The translations under genes and the position numbers were made by a program. From the human T2T-CHM13v2.0 reference genome, Homo sapiens, in NCBI RefSeq assembly GCF_009914755.1, contig NC_060928.1: a DNA stretch of 64,000 nt; one strand, given 5' to 3'. This document shows, one piece after another, positions 1-13,826 of the stretch. Numbering within the stretch: position 1 is the first letter of the stretch; each line of letters starts with the position of its first letter. The notes below the pieces were generated by a model. The model ran no database searches. It saw only the letters and a list, made by a program, of their open reading frames with translations, and had not been told where the DNA came from.

Positions 1-103
1 TCACTTGAACCCGGGAGGCAGTGGTTGCCATGATCCAGGATCACGCAATTGCACTCCAGTCTTGGTAAAAAGAGCAAAACTCTGCCTCAGAAAAAAAAAA
101 AAA
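1..103 (+). mobile_element. Alu, right-arm 3' part with polyA tail (cut by window edge)
   Basis: CACTTGAACCCGGGAGGCAG...GCACTCCAGTCTTGG...CTCAG followed by an A-run at 91-103. Confidence 0.9.
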
Positions 104-3100
104 AGAGGATTTTTGCATCTATATTCGTCAGAGATATTGATCTGTAGTTTTCTTTTTTTGTTATGTTCTTTCCTGGTTTTGGTATTAGGGTGATATTGGC
201 TTCATAGAACAATTTAGGGAAGATTCCCTATTTCTCTATCTTGTGGAATAGTGTCAGTAGGATCAGTACCAGTTCTTCTTTGAATGTCTGATATCATTCA
301 GCTGTGAATTCATCTGGTCCTGGAATTTTTTGTTGGCAGTTTTGTTGTTGTTGTTTTTAACCATTTCAACCTCACTGCTTATTATTGGTCTGTTCAGAGT
401 TTCTATTTCTTCCTGGTTTAATCTAGGAGGGTTGTCTATTTCCAGGAATTTATCCATCTCTTCTAGGTTTTCTATGTGCGTAAAAGTATCAGAGTAGCCT
501 TTAATGATCTTTTGTATTTCTGTGGTATCAGTTTTAATATCTCCTGTTTCATTTCTAATTGAGCATATTTGGATTTTCTCTTTTTCTTCATTAATCTTGG
601 TAATCATCTATCGATTTTATTTATCTTTTCAAAGAACCATCCATTTGTTTCATTTATCTTTTGTATTGTTTTTTGTTTGTTTGTTTCCATTGCATTTAGT
701 TCTGCTCTGATCTTGGTTATTTCTTTTCTTCTGCTGGGTTTGGGTTTGGTTTATTCTTGTTTCTCTAGTTCTTTGAGGTGTGACTTTAGATTGTCTGTTT
801 TTGCTCTTTCAGATTTTTTGATGTGGCATTGAAGGCTATGAACTTTCCTCTTAGTACTCCGTTTACTGAATCCCAAAGATTTTGATAGGTTGTGTCACTA
901 TTATCATTCAGTTCAAATAATTTTTTAATTTCCATCTTGATTTTATTGTTAACCCTATCATCATTCAGGAGCAGGCTGTTTAATTTCTACGGTTTTGAGG
1001 GTTCCTTTTGGAGTTGATTTCTACTTTTATTCCACTGTGGTCTGAGACAGTACTTGATATAATTTCAGTTTCTTAAATTTATTGAGACTTGTTTTATGGC
1101 CTATCCTATGATCTATCTTGGAGACTGTTCCATGTGCTGATGAATGGAATGTATATTCTGCAGTTGTTGGGTAGAATGTTGTGTAAATATCTGTTAAGCT
1201 CATTTGATCTAGGGTATATTTTAAATCCATTGTTTCTTTGTTGACTTTCTGTCTTGATGGCCTGTCTAGTGCTGTCAGTGGAGTTTTGAAATCTGCCACT
1301 ATTATTGTGTTGCTGTCTATCTCATTTCTTAGGTCTAGTAGTAGTTGTTTTATAAATTTGGGAGCTCCAGTGTTAATGCATATATATTTAGGATTGTGAT
1401 ATTTTCCTGTTGGACAAGTTCTTTTGTCTTTATATAATGTCAAAATATAATGTCTTTGTCTTTTCTAACTGCTGTTGCTTTAAAGTTTGTTTTGTCTGAT
1501 ATAAGAATAGCTACTCCTGCTCACTTTTGGTGTCCATTTGTATGGATTAATTTTTTTCCCACCTCTTTACCTTAAGTTGATTTGAGTCCTTATGTGTTAG
1601 GTGAGTCTCTTGAAGACAGCAGATACTTGGTTGGTTAATTCTTATCCATTCTGCTATTCTGTATCTTTTAAGTAGAGCATTTAGGCCACTTACATTCAAC
1701 ATTAGTATTGAGATGTGAGGTACTATTCTATTCATTGCGTTATTTGTTGCCTGATACCCTTTTTTAAAATTTATTATGTCCTTGTTTTATAGGTCCTGTG
1801 AGATTTATGTTTTAAGGAGGTTCATTTTGGTGTGTATTTCAAGGATTTGTTTCAAGATTTAGAGCTCCTTTTAGCAGTTCTTGTAGTGCTGGGTTGGTAG
1901 TGGCAAATTCTCTCAGCATTTGTTTGTCTGAAAAAGATTGTGTATTTCCTTCATTTATGAAGCTTAGTTTCACTGGATGCAAAATTATTGGCCAATAATT
2001 TTTTTTTTAAGGAGGCTGAAGATGGGGCCCTAATCCCTTCTAGCTTGTAGGGTTTCTGTGGAGAAATCTGCTGTTAATCTGATGGGTTTTCCTTTTTAGG
2101 TTACCTGGTGCTTTTCCTCACAGCTTTTAAGATCCTTTCCTTCATCTTGGCTTTGGATAACCTGATGACTACGTGTCTAGGCAATGATCTTTTTGTGATA
2201 AATTTCCCAGGTGTTCTTTGAGCTGCTATGTATTTAGATCTCTAGCCACGCTGGGAAGTTTTCCTTGATTATTCCCTCAAATATGTTTTTCAAACTTTTA
2301 GATTTCTTTTCTTCCTCAGGAACACCAATTATTCTTAGTTTTGGTCATTTAACATAATCCCAACTTTTTGGAGGCTTTGTTTATTTATTTATTTTGATTC
2401 TCTTTTCTTTCTCTGTAGATTGAGTTAATTCAAAAATCTTGTCTTCAAGCTCTGAAATTCTTTATTCTGCTTGTTCGATTCTATTACTGAGACTTTACAG
2501 TGCATTTTGCATTTCTTTTAAGTGTGTCCTTCATTTCCGGAAGTTTTGATTATTTTTTATTTATGCTATCTGGTTCACTGAACATTTTTCCCTTCATATC
2601 TTGTATCACATTTTTTATTTCATTAAGTTGGACTTCACCTTTCTCTGGTGCCTCCTTGATTAGCTTAATAATCGACCTTCTGAATTCTTTTCCTGGCAAT
2701 TCAGGGATTTCTTCTTGGTTTGGATCCATTGCGATCCATTGCTGATAAGCTAGTGTGATCTTTTAGGGGGATGTTTAAGAACTTTGGTTTTGTTATATTA
2801 TCACAATTGTTTTTCTGATTTCTTATTTGGGCAGACTACATCAGAGGGAAGTTCTGAGGCTCAAGGGCTGCTGTTCAGATTCTTTTGTCCCACCAGGTGT
2901 TCCACTGATGTAGTGCTCCCCTCCTTCCCCTAGGGATGGGGATTCCTGAGAGCCAAACTGTAGTGATTGTTATTTCTCTTCTGGATCTGGCCACCCAGCA
3001 GTTACCAGGCTCCAGGCTGGTACTGGGGCATGTCTGCACAGAGTACTATGATGTGAACTGTCTTCAGGTCTCACAGCCATAGATAGCAGCACAGTTTTTC

Positions 3101-3150
3101 AGCTGTCTCTGGGGCCTGTCGCAGCAATCCACTTCCTTCAAAGGGTCTGT
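104..3150 (-). mobile_element. Old LINE-1 (L1PB-like): 5' region, ORF1 and start of ORF2, antisense in the MRPL1 intron
   Basis: Minus-strand ORF fragments match the L1 ORF2 endonuclease (ISILMLNVSGLN, ICCLQETHL, IIVADFKTPL, SKIDHRIGHK) and downstream ORF2 (EEMDKFLE...PRLNQEEIE). Frames are broken. The right boundary is approximate. Confidence 0.88.
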
Positions 3151-3179
3151 GGGCTCTCCTGATCCACCTTTGTCTCACA

Positions 3180-3470
3180 TTACCTTATGCTGGTCCCTCT
3201 GCCTAGAAGATCCTCTTTGTCCTTCAAAATTCTCCATCCTTTAAGACTCAGCTTAGATACTACCTTTTTTCGTGATGAGTAAAGCCTTCCGTGTCAATTA
3301 CTTCTTCCTCTGTGCCCTTGTAGCACTTCGTTCATATAAAGTGGTATTTCTTATGTTGTGTTTTAGTGTCTAGATTGTAATCTCAAGGGCGAGGTTTGTA
3401 TCTTATTCGTCTTCCTGTTCCTGGTTCCATGTGTTGCTTGACAGAGTGAGGGTTAAGTAAATGTTGCTAA
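3180..3470 (+). mobile_element. L2 3' end fragment
   Basis: L2-like motifs CCCTCTGCCTAGAA, CTAGATTGTAATCTC and terminal GTAAATGTTG. Confidence 0.55.
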
Positions 3471-3629
3471 GTTGTATGGTATTAACATCTAAAAATTAGG
3501 AAGGCACTAAAGGATTCATTAGGCAGAGAGAAAAATTCTTATTTTTCCATCTTAAATGTATATTCTTTTAGTGTTTCACTTAGTTTCCCTTTTTCTCCCC
3601 TTAGTATACAACACGCTCACTTGTGTTTC

Positions 3630-3945
3630 TCAGACAACTGATACTTCATTTTCCTTATATAAAGATCACGAACTTGTAATAGCTGTGTCCAGAGTCATAA
3701 GCTAGTAAGGTGGTGGAAGTGGGGTTTGTCTGCCTTAAGTGCTCAGACACGTAGCTACTTGGCCACTCCTTACCATGTGTGTGCTCATGAATAAGTTACA
3801 GAGTTTTCTGAGTCTCAGTTTATAAGTGTAAATAAAGGATAATAATAGCACCTACCTCATAAGGTTCTTGGGAGAAATGAATAAGAATATCTATGTGAAC
3901 ACTCAGAGTTTGGCCCAAAGTAAGTACCCAATAAACAGAGCTGCA
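3630..3945. mobile_element. MIR fragments (two, opposite orientation)
   Basis: MIR core-like TCTGAGTCTCAGTTT...AATAATAGCACCTACCTCATAAGGTT and antisense GTCATAAGCTAGTAAGGTGG. Confidence 0.55.
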
Positions 3946-3951
3946 CCATCA

Positions 3952-3995
<44 letters not shown>

Positions 3996-4007
3996 TACTA
4001 CTACTAC
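3952..4007. repeat. (ATT)n(ACT)n microsatellite
   Basis: Directly visible. It explains the poly-Ile/Thr ORF 3868..4056. Confidence 0.95.
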
Positions 4008-4392
4008 TTTATGTTATGTAGGAGACATACAAATAACCTTTCTTTTCTTGGTTTAGACTGTTAGGAGTCATGGAAATTAAGAGTTTTGGCTCATCTTCAA
4101 AAGCTGTCTGCCAGGCCACACTTTATATAGTCTTAGAATATTACATTTGGAAGAGATTTTGGAGGACAACTGGTCTAACAAGTGCTTATCCAAAGCAGCA
4201 GTCCTCTCTTCAGTTTTCAGTCAAAGGTGATTAGTCATCTAGAGACTATCAGAACAGTTATAGTTAATAGAAGCTGCCACTTTAGAAGGAACATGTGATT
4301 GTTTAAAAATCATGTATGTGTACTTTGCTTTTTTTTTTTAAGTTCTGTCTTCTGTAAGATTGTAAAAATCCTTTATTCACATTGTAATCCTT

Positions 4393-5537
4393 TATCGGGG
4401 GAACCTGCCCCCAATATTTCATCGTAAGTTCTTTCTATTTTCCATAAGTGTCGGCCGGCTGAGAAATAAAGGGTATAAAGAGAGGAATTTTACAGCTGGG
4501 TCTCTGGGGGTGATATCACATATCGCTAGGACCGTGATGCCCACCTGAGCCACAAAACCAGCAGGTTTTTATTGAGGACTTCAAAAGGGGAGGGGGTGTA
4601 CGAACAGGGAGTAGGTCACAAAGATCACATGCTTCAAAGGGCAAAAAGGAGAACAAAGATCACATGCTTCTGAGGCCAATAAAGATCACAAGGCAAAGGG
4701 CAAAGCAAAGATCACAAGGCAAAGGGGAAAATCAAAAACTCCTGATAAGGGTCCATGTTCAGCTGTGCACGTATTGTCTTGATAAACATCTTAAACAACA
4801 TAAAACAGGTTTCGAGAGCAGAGAACTGGTCTGACCTCAAATTCACCAGGGTGGGGTTTTTTCCCCCACCCTAATAAGACTGAGGGTGCTGCAGGAGACC
4901 AGGGCGTATTTCAGTCCTTATCTCAACCGCGTAAGACAGACACTCCCAGAGCGGCCGTTTATAGACCTCCCCCCAGGAATGCAATTCTTTTCCTAGGGTC
5001 TTAATATTTAAAAGAATTGAGCGATATTGTTCCTACTTGCACGTCCATTTATAGGCTCTCTGCAAGAAGAAAAATATGGCTCTATTCTGCCTGACCCCAC
5101 AGGCAGTCAGACCTCATGGCTCTCTTCCCTTGTTCCCTAAAATCGCTGTTATTCTGTTCTTTTTGAAAGTGCACTGATGTCATATTGTTTAAGCACACGT
5201 TTTACAATCAATTTGTACAGTTAATGCAGTCATCACAGTGGTCCTGAGGTGACTGACGTACATCCTCAGCTTATGAAGATAACAGGATTAAGAGATTAAA
5301 GTAAGACAGGCGTAAGAAATTATAAGAGTATTATTTGGGAACTGATAAATGTCCATGAAATCTTCACAATTTATGTTCAGAGATTGCAGTAAAGACAGGT
5401 ATAAGAAATTATAAAACTATTAATTTTGGGAACTGATATATGTCCATATTAAAATGAAATATTCACAATTTATGTTCCTCTGCCATGGCTCCAGCCAGTC
5501 CCTCCCCTCCATTCAGGGTCCCTGACTTCCCACAACA
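4393..5537 (-). mobile_element. Solo LTR, MER11 family (ERVK/HML-8)
   Basis: Minus strand begins TGTTGTGGGAAGTCAGGGACCCTGAATGGAGG and ends TTCCCCCGATA, like the MER11 consensus. Perfect 6-bp TSD ATCCTT at 4387-4392 and 5538-5543. Confidence 0.9.
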
Positions 5538-7569
5538 ATCCTTAGTCCTCCAAAATATTTGGACAGACTAACCTCTGTAGTAGTGGTTCTCAGAGTGTGG
5601 TCCAGGGATCCTTTTTAACTCAGACACTTTCCCCAGGAGTCTTTCTTCTTTTATCCCCTTTCTTTTAAATCAGAGAATCTATGAAGACCCTGGTATTGTA
5701 GACTAAGTTCTTTGTGTGCATTTTTCTGTAGCAAGACTCAGTGACCTAAAAATGTTTAAGAATCACTGGTTTGGACATGCTTGTGATTATATTTTGCCCT
5801 GAGATGAATTATGACATGTGCATCTCAATGGGACAAAAAAAAAAAAAAGGTTAAGAACCACTGATTTTTAGTTTTCTCATAATGATAAGAAAGTTATTGA
5901 ATAAAAAGGTTAGGAATTACACAAAAAAGGAAAATCTGAGTGTTAAAACAGAGATAGAGACATAAAGTTCACCTGTGTCCACTGAGCCACTACCCTGACA
6001 TCTTTTGTAGAAGTCTTCCCATCTAGTCTGCTTAGGGAATGGTTTCCGACATAGTAAGGGTTGCTAAGCAGACAGTAAGATTCAGTAAAGTGGTCTTTTT
6101 GTTTGAAAACATGTATGCTTCAGAATAAGGAATAACTGTTTTGTCTTGCAGTGGATAATCACTTTAGTTAAACATATATAGTTTTGTGACTGTTAAATAT
6201 TCAAATACACACATATGCACAGGCACAAATATGGTGCTTAACATAGTCCTATATCCCCTTCAAGATCAACCCTGTCCCTGTTTGTTTTTCCCTTGCTGTA
6301 CCAAATCATATAATGTGCTATTGGTAATATAATGGATAATATTATCTCCTCAAAGTAGTCATCCTGCCTCCGTAAGACCACAAAATGTTATTACATGGGA
6401 AAGCACTATTGGAAGTGCAGACTAACTGAGAAGTAGGCAGAAAACCTTGCAAGTTTGCTTTCCTGAGTTCTCTCTAGAACATTGTCATCCCAAATGAATT
6501 TCGTTTGCAAGTTTTGATAAAACTCATGCACATATACATTTTGTTTGCCTACACAGCTATCTTGTCATTAGCCAATTAAATAATCACAGTAATGCCTATG
6601 AGATATGTAACATTTCCATAATTTTGCACAATATCTAAAATAAAAAGTATTATAGCTGTACATATATTTTAAAATTCAGTAGAGGGCACAGTACTATATA
6701 TTAAAGATGCTAAAATTTGAATAAAAGTATAAACTGTGTTTTAAAACATTTTTGTGGTTTTTTTAAACTTAAATTGATAAAATCATTGAAACCATCCTAA
6801 TCATGAAAGTTGCAGGGAACATAATTGTTTTATATTTCTGAAACATATATTGTCATTTTAGCTTGCTAGAGGAATGGCAATATAAAGCTGCAGAAAGTAT
6901 AGTTACAAAAATCTGAGAAGTTTAATGTATATAATATACCAATATAGATTATAACTGTTTAAAAAGATAGGTTGGAAACCTTGCTTTTTCTTTATCTCTT
7001 TTCCAAATTTTAAGTAGGTATAGGTCTTTAGCGGGGGGTGTAGAATTGATTAGAGCTGTGATGGTTACTTCAGTTGATGATAGAAAGAAGGACAATTTGA
7101 GGTAAAGTAGAGAATTAAGAGGGGAATTGAAGGCAGGGACACATGCTGATGCCTTTAGCCTTTTCTTTTTTATTTTTCAACATAAAATATGTAAGGTGCC
7201 TTCCCTGCCAGTGAACTACTTGCTTCAATGTAAATTAAAGTCTGTACGGTGTATGGACTTAATAAGGTGAACTAAGCATTGCTTTTATTTTTTTTCCTCT
7301 CAGAACTTCTAGTTAAGGATTGGCATAAAGTGAGAATTCCTGCAGTAATGTCCAACCTTTCTCATTTAGGATTTGGTACTGCATCATGCCCAAGTGGGTG
7401 TTGAATAAATGCTGTTGGATGATGATAAAAGGATTTTTTAAGGAGGAATTCTCTTTATGCTTATGCGGGGCACATTTCTCACAGTGCTCTCAGAGTCTTT
7501 GGAAAACAGAAATCTTGTTTGAACTTCAACTGTTGTACTGTATAAATTTTGCCTGTTAAGCTACTATAA

Positions 7570-7894
<325 letters not shown>

Positions 7895-8559
7895 TGAACT
7901 TTTAAAAATTGATTTATTTGGCACAGTGCAAAATCCTGTAAACATTTGAATGTAATATAACGGATTTTAACTGGAATATTTAGGAAGAATAAGAGTAATT
8001 GAATTTGAATAATAAACAGAAAGACTTTTCAAGGGTGTAATTTGGGTTTAGGAGTTTTATGAATAGAACTCATTCACTGTATATTTACTTACTGCTAAAT
8101 GACAAGATAATTGTTATTGCATAGTGTTTGAAAAATTAGAATGTTAGCACAACATCCTGAAATTGTCTCTGTGTGAGATATGTATTATCTGAATGCATGT
8201 AGCAAGCAGTTTTATTTTGGACTCAAGAAAACATTAATTTCTAGACATTTTCTTAGTTTCCTTTAAATCAACAAACTTCATGAGAAAATGTCACTGTTTT
8301 CTTGGGGGGTGCGTGTAGGGAATGATGTATTCTGCTCCAAGATATGCTTTAGGGAAATTACTTGGAAGTCAAGGATTCTCAAGTGGAAAAACTTCAACTT
8401 CAGTTTGCTATAATATGTTCTATAAATCTATTAAATCTTGACATGTGAAGACATGTAAATGTGGCATTCGAAACAAAGAGCTATAGAGGTTTTCCCCTTT
8501 CACAGTAGGGTCATTTACTAGATAATTTGCATTGGTTGACTATTTGAAAAATAGTCTAG

Positions 8560-8748
<189 letters not shown>

Positions 8749-9681
8749 TAAAATGTAAAATATGAAGAAAAAAGTCAAATTAACATGCAAGTATAATAGC
8801 AAAATGTAAAATATTAAATAAAAAATCAAGTTAACATGCAAGTTTTATATTTCCAGGGATTAAATAAATAAAATTTAATTCTCCAAAGGATTTCTCTAGC
8901 ATTAATAAGGAATGCATCCTGAAACCTTTGTAGATTCCCACATTATTACTAATAATAGATGTAGCAAAGTTTGAAAGAAAACTGTAACTGATTGCTTTAA
9001 ACTTACAATGATGTTAGGGACTAAAATTATTTCTAAAATGATATTTTGAAACCAGATCATTCACTTTGTCATTGGCACTAGCAATTAGTTTTCTTAATCT
9101 TATTTATTTATTACAGGACAGAAAGAAGATCATTTTATTATGTCATGAGAGTCATTTATAAATGAGGTGACTCATAGAGAATCACTCAACTCAATTGAGA
9201 TGTGGAAGCTGTGTAGTAGGCTAGAACACAGGCATCCAGTTTCTTTATCATTGCGTTGTGTGCTGTTCAAATTCCTTCCTCAGACAAATTTCACTTGTGG
9301 CTGCTTGAAGCCAAGCAAGGGTCCATTATACTCAATTGACTACTCATTTGTAGGCTTACCATGATAAGAATTTGTCAGGTTTAGTTTTATAACCAAGTTT
9401 ATAATTAAAACACAATCTTAAGCTATTTTTTACCTTCTTTGGGAGTTAACCATACTGGTGAATAAATACCACCCTTGTTAATTTTCTTGCCCTAAATATG
9501 GCCATACTACTAAGTAATTGGATGTGTATGGATTCTTAGAGTCCACAGATAACTTTGATTTCAGTACAGGATCCTCTTGAGACAATAGTAGGAGTAGATG
9601 ATGGACAGTAAATCCTCAAAATGTTGTTATTCTCTTTTTGCTATTTCATATGAAGCCCCTTAGCATGTTTAAATGTTGTGA

Positions 9682-10011
<330 letters not shown>

Positions 10012-10413
10012 TGAAGCCACTTAACGTTGTTCTTATGAAAAGCATTTTAGTTTTTAGGGAATTTTACCAACTGTGTGGTAACACAAAGGTAGCATCTGTG
10101 CTGACTGTTTTAAATAAATATTTATAACATTTCCATCAAATGTAAATATCACCACCTGCTCCCTTCACTGTTGCCTTTGCAATAAAATAAATTCTAGGTG
10201 ATCATCTTCTGGAAGAGAGAAATGAATTATTAGTGAGTGTGTGTAGTTTGAAGGATAAATCTCTAATATTCTAGAGTACAACTAGTTTGTCTTCTATTCT
10301 AGAAATGAAACTATCTTCCCCTTCTTATAATTCAAAATATTAGTTCAGTAATACAGTACTTTTCACTGAAAATATGACATGAGTTCTATAAGTTTTCCTG
10401 TTGTATATTTGTA

Positions 10414-11248
10414 CAGCAGGTCCTTGAATAACATCCTTTTGTTCAATGTTATTTTATTATAACATTGATAAGAAAAAAATAGATTCCTGGCCAGAGCCAC
10501 TGTCTGTGTGGAATTTGCATGTTCTCCTCATGTCTGCATGGATTCTCTGGGTACTTCGGTTTCCTCCCGCATCCCAAAGGTGGCATGTTAGGTTAATTGG
10601 TATGTCTGCATGATCCCGGTGTGAGTTAGTGTGTGGGTTGTGTACGTGTGCCCTGCAATGAGATGCTGCTTATCCGGAGATCATTCCCACCTATGCTCTG
10701 ACCTGCCAGGATAGGCTTTGGCCTCCCACAACCCTGGACTGGAATAAGGGAGTTGGAAGATGAATTAATGAATACAAACTATTGTAAAATAAAAATGGGC
10801 AAAGTATATGATAATCATACAAATGCAGGACAATAAATGATGTGGTATGAAAGCACTCAGTGAGGCAACCATATTTGTTAGTTTGTTTTTGAACTGCACG
10901 GTGGCAGAAGGCGCTTCTTACAGTTTTCACTTTGCAAACACTTAGTCTTTGATTTAAGTCACCACCACTATGACTCCTGTCACTCTGATTCACCCACAGT
11001 TGGGTAAATAATTATTGCTTTTATTAATCTTAAATGTATTTATAGTTCAAATTTATTTCAATGGTTAATATTAGAAGTGTTTGAGCTCTTTATTTAGAAG
11101 CTTGGTGATATTTTTGTGACTAGAAATATGCCTGAGAAACTTAACTCTTATTAATTAGCCTACGGTACAATTGGTTTCTTTATAAGTTGTTTTGCTTAAA
11201 GTTGCAGTTTCCAAGAACCTAGTGACAATATTAAGTGAGGACCTACTT
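10414..11248 (+). mobile_element. MER6 non-autonomous TcMar-Tigger DNA transposon
   Basis: Starts TA|CAGCAGGTCCTTGAATAAC and ends TTAAGTGAGGACCTACTT|TA (TA TSD, imperfect TIRs). Internal GTGTGGAATTTGCATGTTCTCC...GGTTTCCTCCCGCATCCCAAAG is typical of MER6. Confidence 0.85.
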
Positions 11249-11292
11249 TATTTGCTCATGAGGTGGTATTGCGGTATAAAAATCAAAGTTGA

Positions 11293-11430
<138 letters not shown>

Positions 11431-11584
11431 ATGTGGTGAATTGTGAAATTACTTTCAGTGGTTTAAGAAGCAATGGAGAAAATGATAATACAGCATAATT
11501 TTTACATTTGATGTCTTGTTATTGATCATACTTGAAAGTGAACTTTAACATTGAAAAATCGTACAGTCATTTCAAGAATAAGAA

Positions 11585-11590
11585 AATAAA
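11585..11590 (+). terminator. MRPL1: MRPL1 polyadenylation signal AATAAA (3' UTR about 11431-11610)
   Basis: First AATAAA after the stop, followed by T/GT-rich TTTTCTCTTTGTCT. Confidence 0.75.
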
Positions 11591-13245
11591 ATTTTCTCTT
11601 TGTCTGAACCTGCCTTTTAGACCCTGTGACATTTTCTCTTTTAGAATCCAGAGTCTACGTACTGGTAATTATAGCAGCAGTTTCTGGCTTAATAACTTTC
11701 CCTTGGGAGTCATAACCATCTGAGGGAATAGTAACATCCTCAGTTCCCATAAAGCAGAAAATGGCAGAATCATGAGCTACATCACAAATATAGCTATTTT
11801 CTTTAAAAAAAAAAAAAGAAAATAAGCATTCTAAAGTATTCTGAATACTATTTGTGATAGCATGAATATAGAAAATTACTAAGTCACTAAACCGTATGTT
11901 GGGTAATCTCTTTTTAGGAATCAGTTTGTAATTATATATATAATATGTATATGTAATATATATTATTATATAATTATATATGTAATATATACATTTGTAA
12001 TAATACCACATATTTTTATGATGCTTTGCAGTCTACAAGGCACTGTATGCAGTGTTTTCATATACGTGACCTCATTTGCTCCTGAATTTCTCTGCTTAAT
12101 AGTATAACAAGTGTTTGGTTAGTGTTTATCGAATGAACATTCCCATGAAGTAGCTAGAACAACTTCATTCATGGATTAAAAATCAGGCCAAGAAGTAAAG
12201 CACCTTGCATCAAGTACCAGTTTGCAGACCGATGTTAATCCTTAAGTGCTTACTGATATATGACAAAGTGAAAAAAATAAGGATAATTTTTGGCATGCAG
12301 TTGCCAGCTGTCCTTTCTTGGGAATGATTACTTGAAGTATCTTCCACTTTTTTAGGGATTATTCGAATGAGTTTTCTTTTATGAAATAATAGTGATGGTG
12401 ACTTTGTTGGTGGGGTTTAAATACCTACTTTGTTTTTTGTTTTGTTTCATTAATGCACCTCATTTTATTTTAGTTTTGGTGTTGACTTGCCAGCTCTAGC
12501 TTTTCAAGGTAAAATCTTTTTTGAAGAAGAGCTGGGTAACACAATTCTCACAATCCAAAATGTATGATTTTAAAACAATTGGATTTCTAATAACACGAAT
12601 TATTTTGATTCATTTTGCATTGATCTATTTGGGAACCATAAATCTGCCTAGAGCACACAGAATCTGCACACTCAACTTGGCCAAGGAATAGACATGTTTC
12701 AAGATGAAGTTCATCACTACCAATGAAGTATTTATTCTTCCCAAGGCTGTTCTGCTTAAATCTAATCAAGCTTATAGACCTACATCTCAGTTTACAGAAG
12801 ATATAGGAGATGGCGGGACAAATCAACTGACCTCAAGTGGGAATAATTAGGCCAGTTCAGAATGTGGGATGTTATACAGTTCAACCCTCCCAGCCTCATA
12901 GAAACAAGCAGAAGGAGAAACCATTAAAGAGAATTCAGACATAACAATTAACTCTAGTGTGGGTTAGTGATAAATGCATAGTTTGAAAACATCAGCTGTA
13001 CAAGACATTTGAGGGAAAATTGATTAATACCTACTTTGTAAAGGAAATTTTGACAGCTCCATATAGGTCTCCCAAATTCTTTTTGAAATGTTAGTGATCT
13101 GAGAAGTCCAAATGACTGAATAGCCACAGTACCCCACTAAGCTTTTTTATCCCCCCACAGAAAAATTAAAACTTAGGGGTTGCTTACCCAAAACAGCAAT
13201 AACATTACTAGAAAACAATAACAGCAGTTACCTTTTACTGAGTGC

Positions 13246-13826
13246 TGCTATGGTTTGAATGTGCCCCTCAAAAAGTATGTGTTGGAAACTTAATCCTCAA
13301 TGCAACAGTGTTGGGAGATGAGGCCTCATGGGAGGTACAAGTCATGAGGGCTCTGCCCTCATGAATGGATTAATGCTTAGTATAGTCATCGGAGACTCAG
13401 AAGAGAGGGAGGGTGGGAGGAGGATGGTGAGGGTTGAGAAATTAACAAGTACAGTATACACTATTTGGGTAATGGTTACATTAAAAGGCCCAGGCCACCA
13501 CTAAGCAATGTATCCGTGTAACACAACTATACTTGTACCTCTTAAATTTATACAAATCGTAAAAAAATAAAAGGGCTTAAGACTGCAAGGAACTCTTGGG
13601 CACACCTTGCATGCTTGCTTGCTCTCTCTTCCTCCCCGACTTATCTCCTCTTGCCCTCTCTTGCCCTTCTGCCTTCTGCAATGGGATGACCACAGCAAGA
13701 AGGTTATCACTAGAAGCCAGCTGCTCACCATGGTCTTCCAGCCTACAGACTGCAAGGAATTAATCTCTGTGCTTCATAAATTACCTTCTCAGGTATTCTG
13801 CTATAACAACACAAAACAGACTAACA
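13246..13826 (+). mobile_element. MSTB-like MaLR LTR inserted in a MIR and interrupted by an L1 3' end
   Basis: TGCTATGGTTTGAATGTG start and AAACAGACTAACA end. Flanks are antisense MIR-like (CCCATTTCACAGATAAGGAAA). Confidence 0.8.
13378..13572 (+). mobile_element. Short L1 (old L1PA/L1PB) 3' UTR fragment with A-tail
   Basis: GGAGACTCAGAAG...ACACTATTTGGGTAATGG...CGTGTAACACAAC...TTGTACCTCTTAAATTTATAC plus A-rich tail. Confidence 0.75.

Noticed and set aside
3868-4056. Poly-Ile/Thr transmembrane-like ORF
   Set aside because: (ATT)n(ACT)n microsatellite.
11929-12000. AT-rich quasi-palindromic tract after the MRPL1 polyA site as a structured RNA
   Set aside because: Low-complexity TA sequence that is self-complementary by composition alone.
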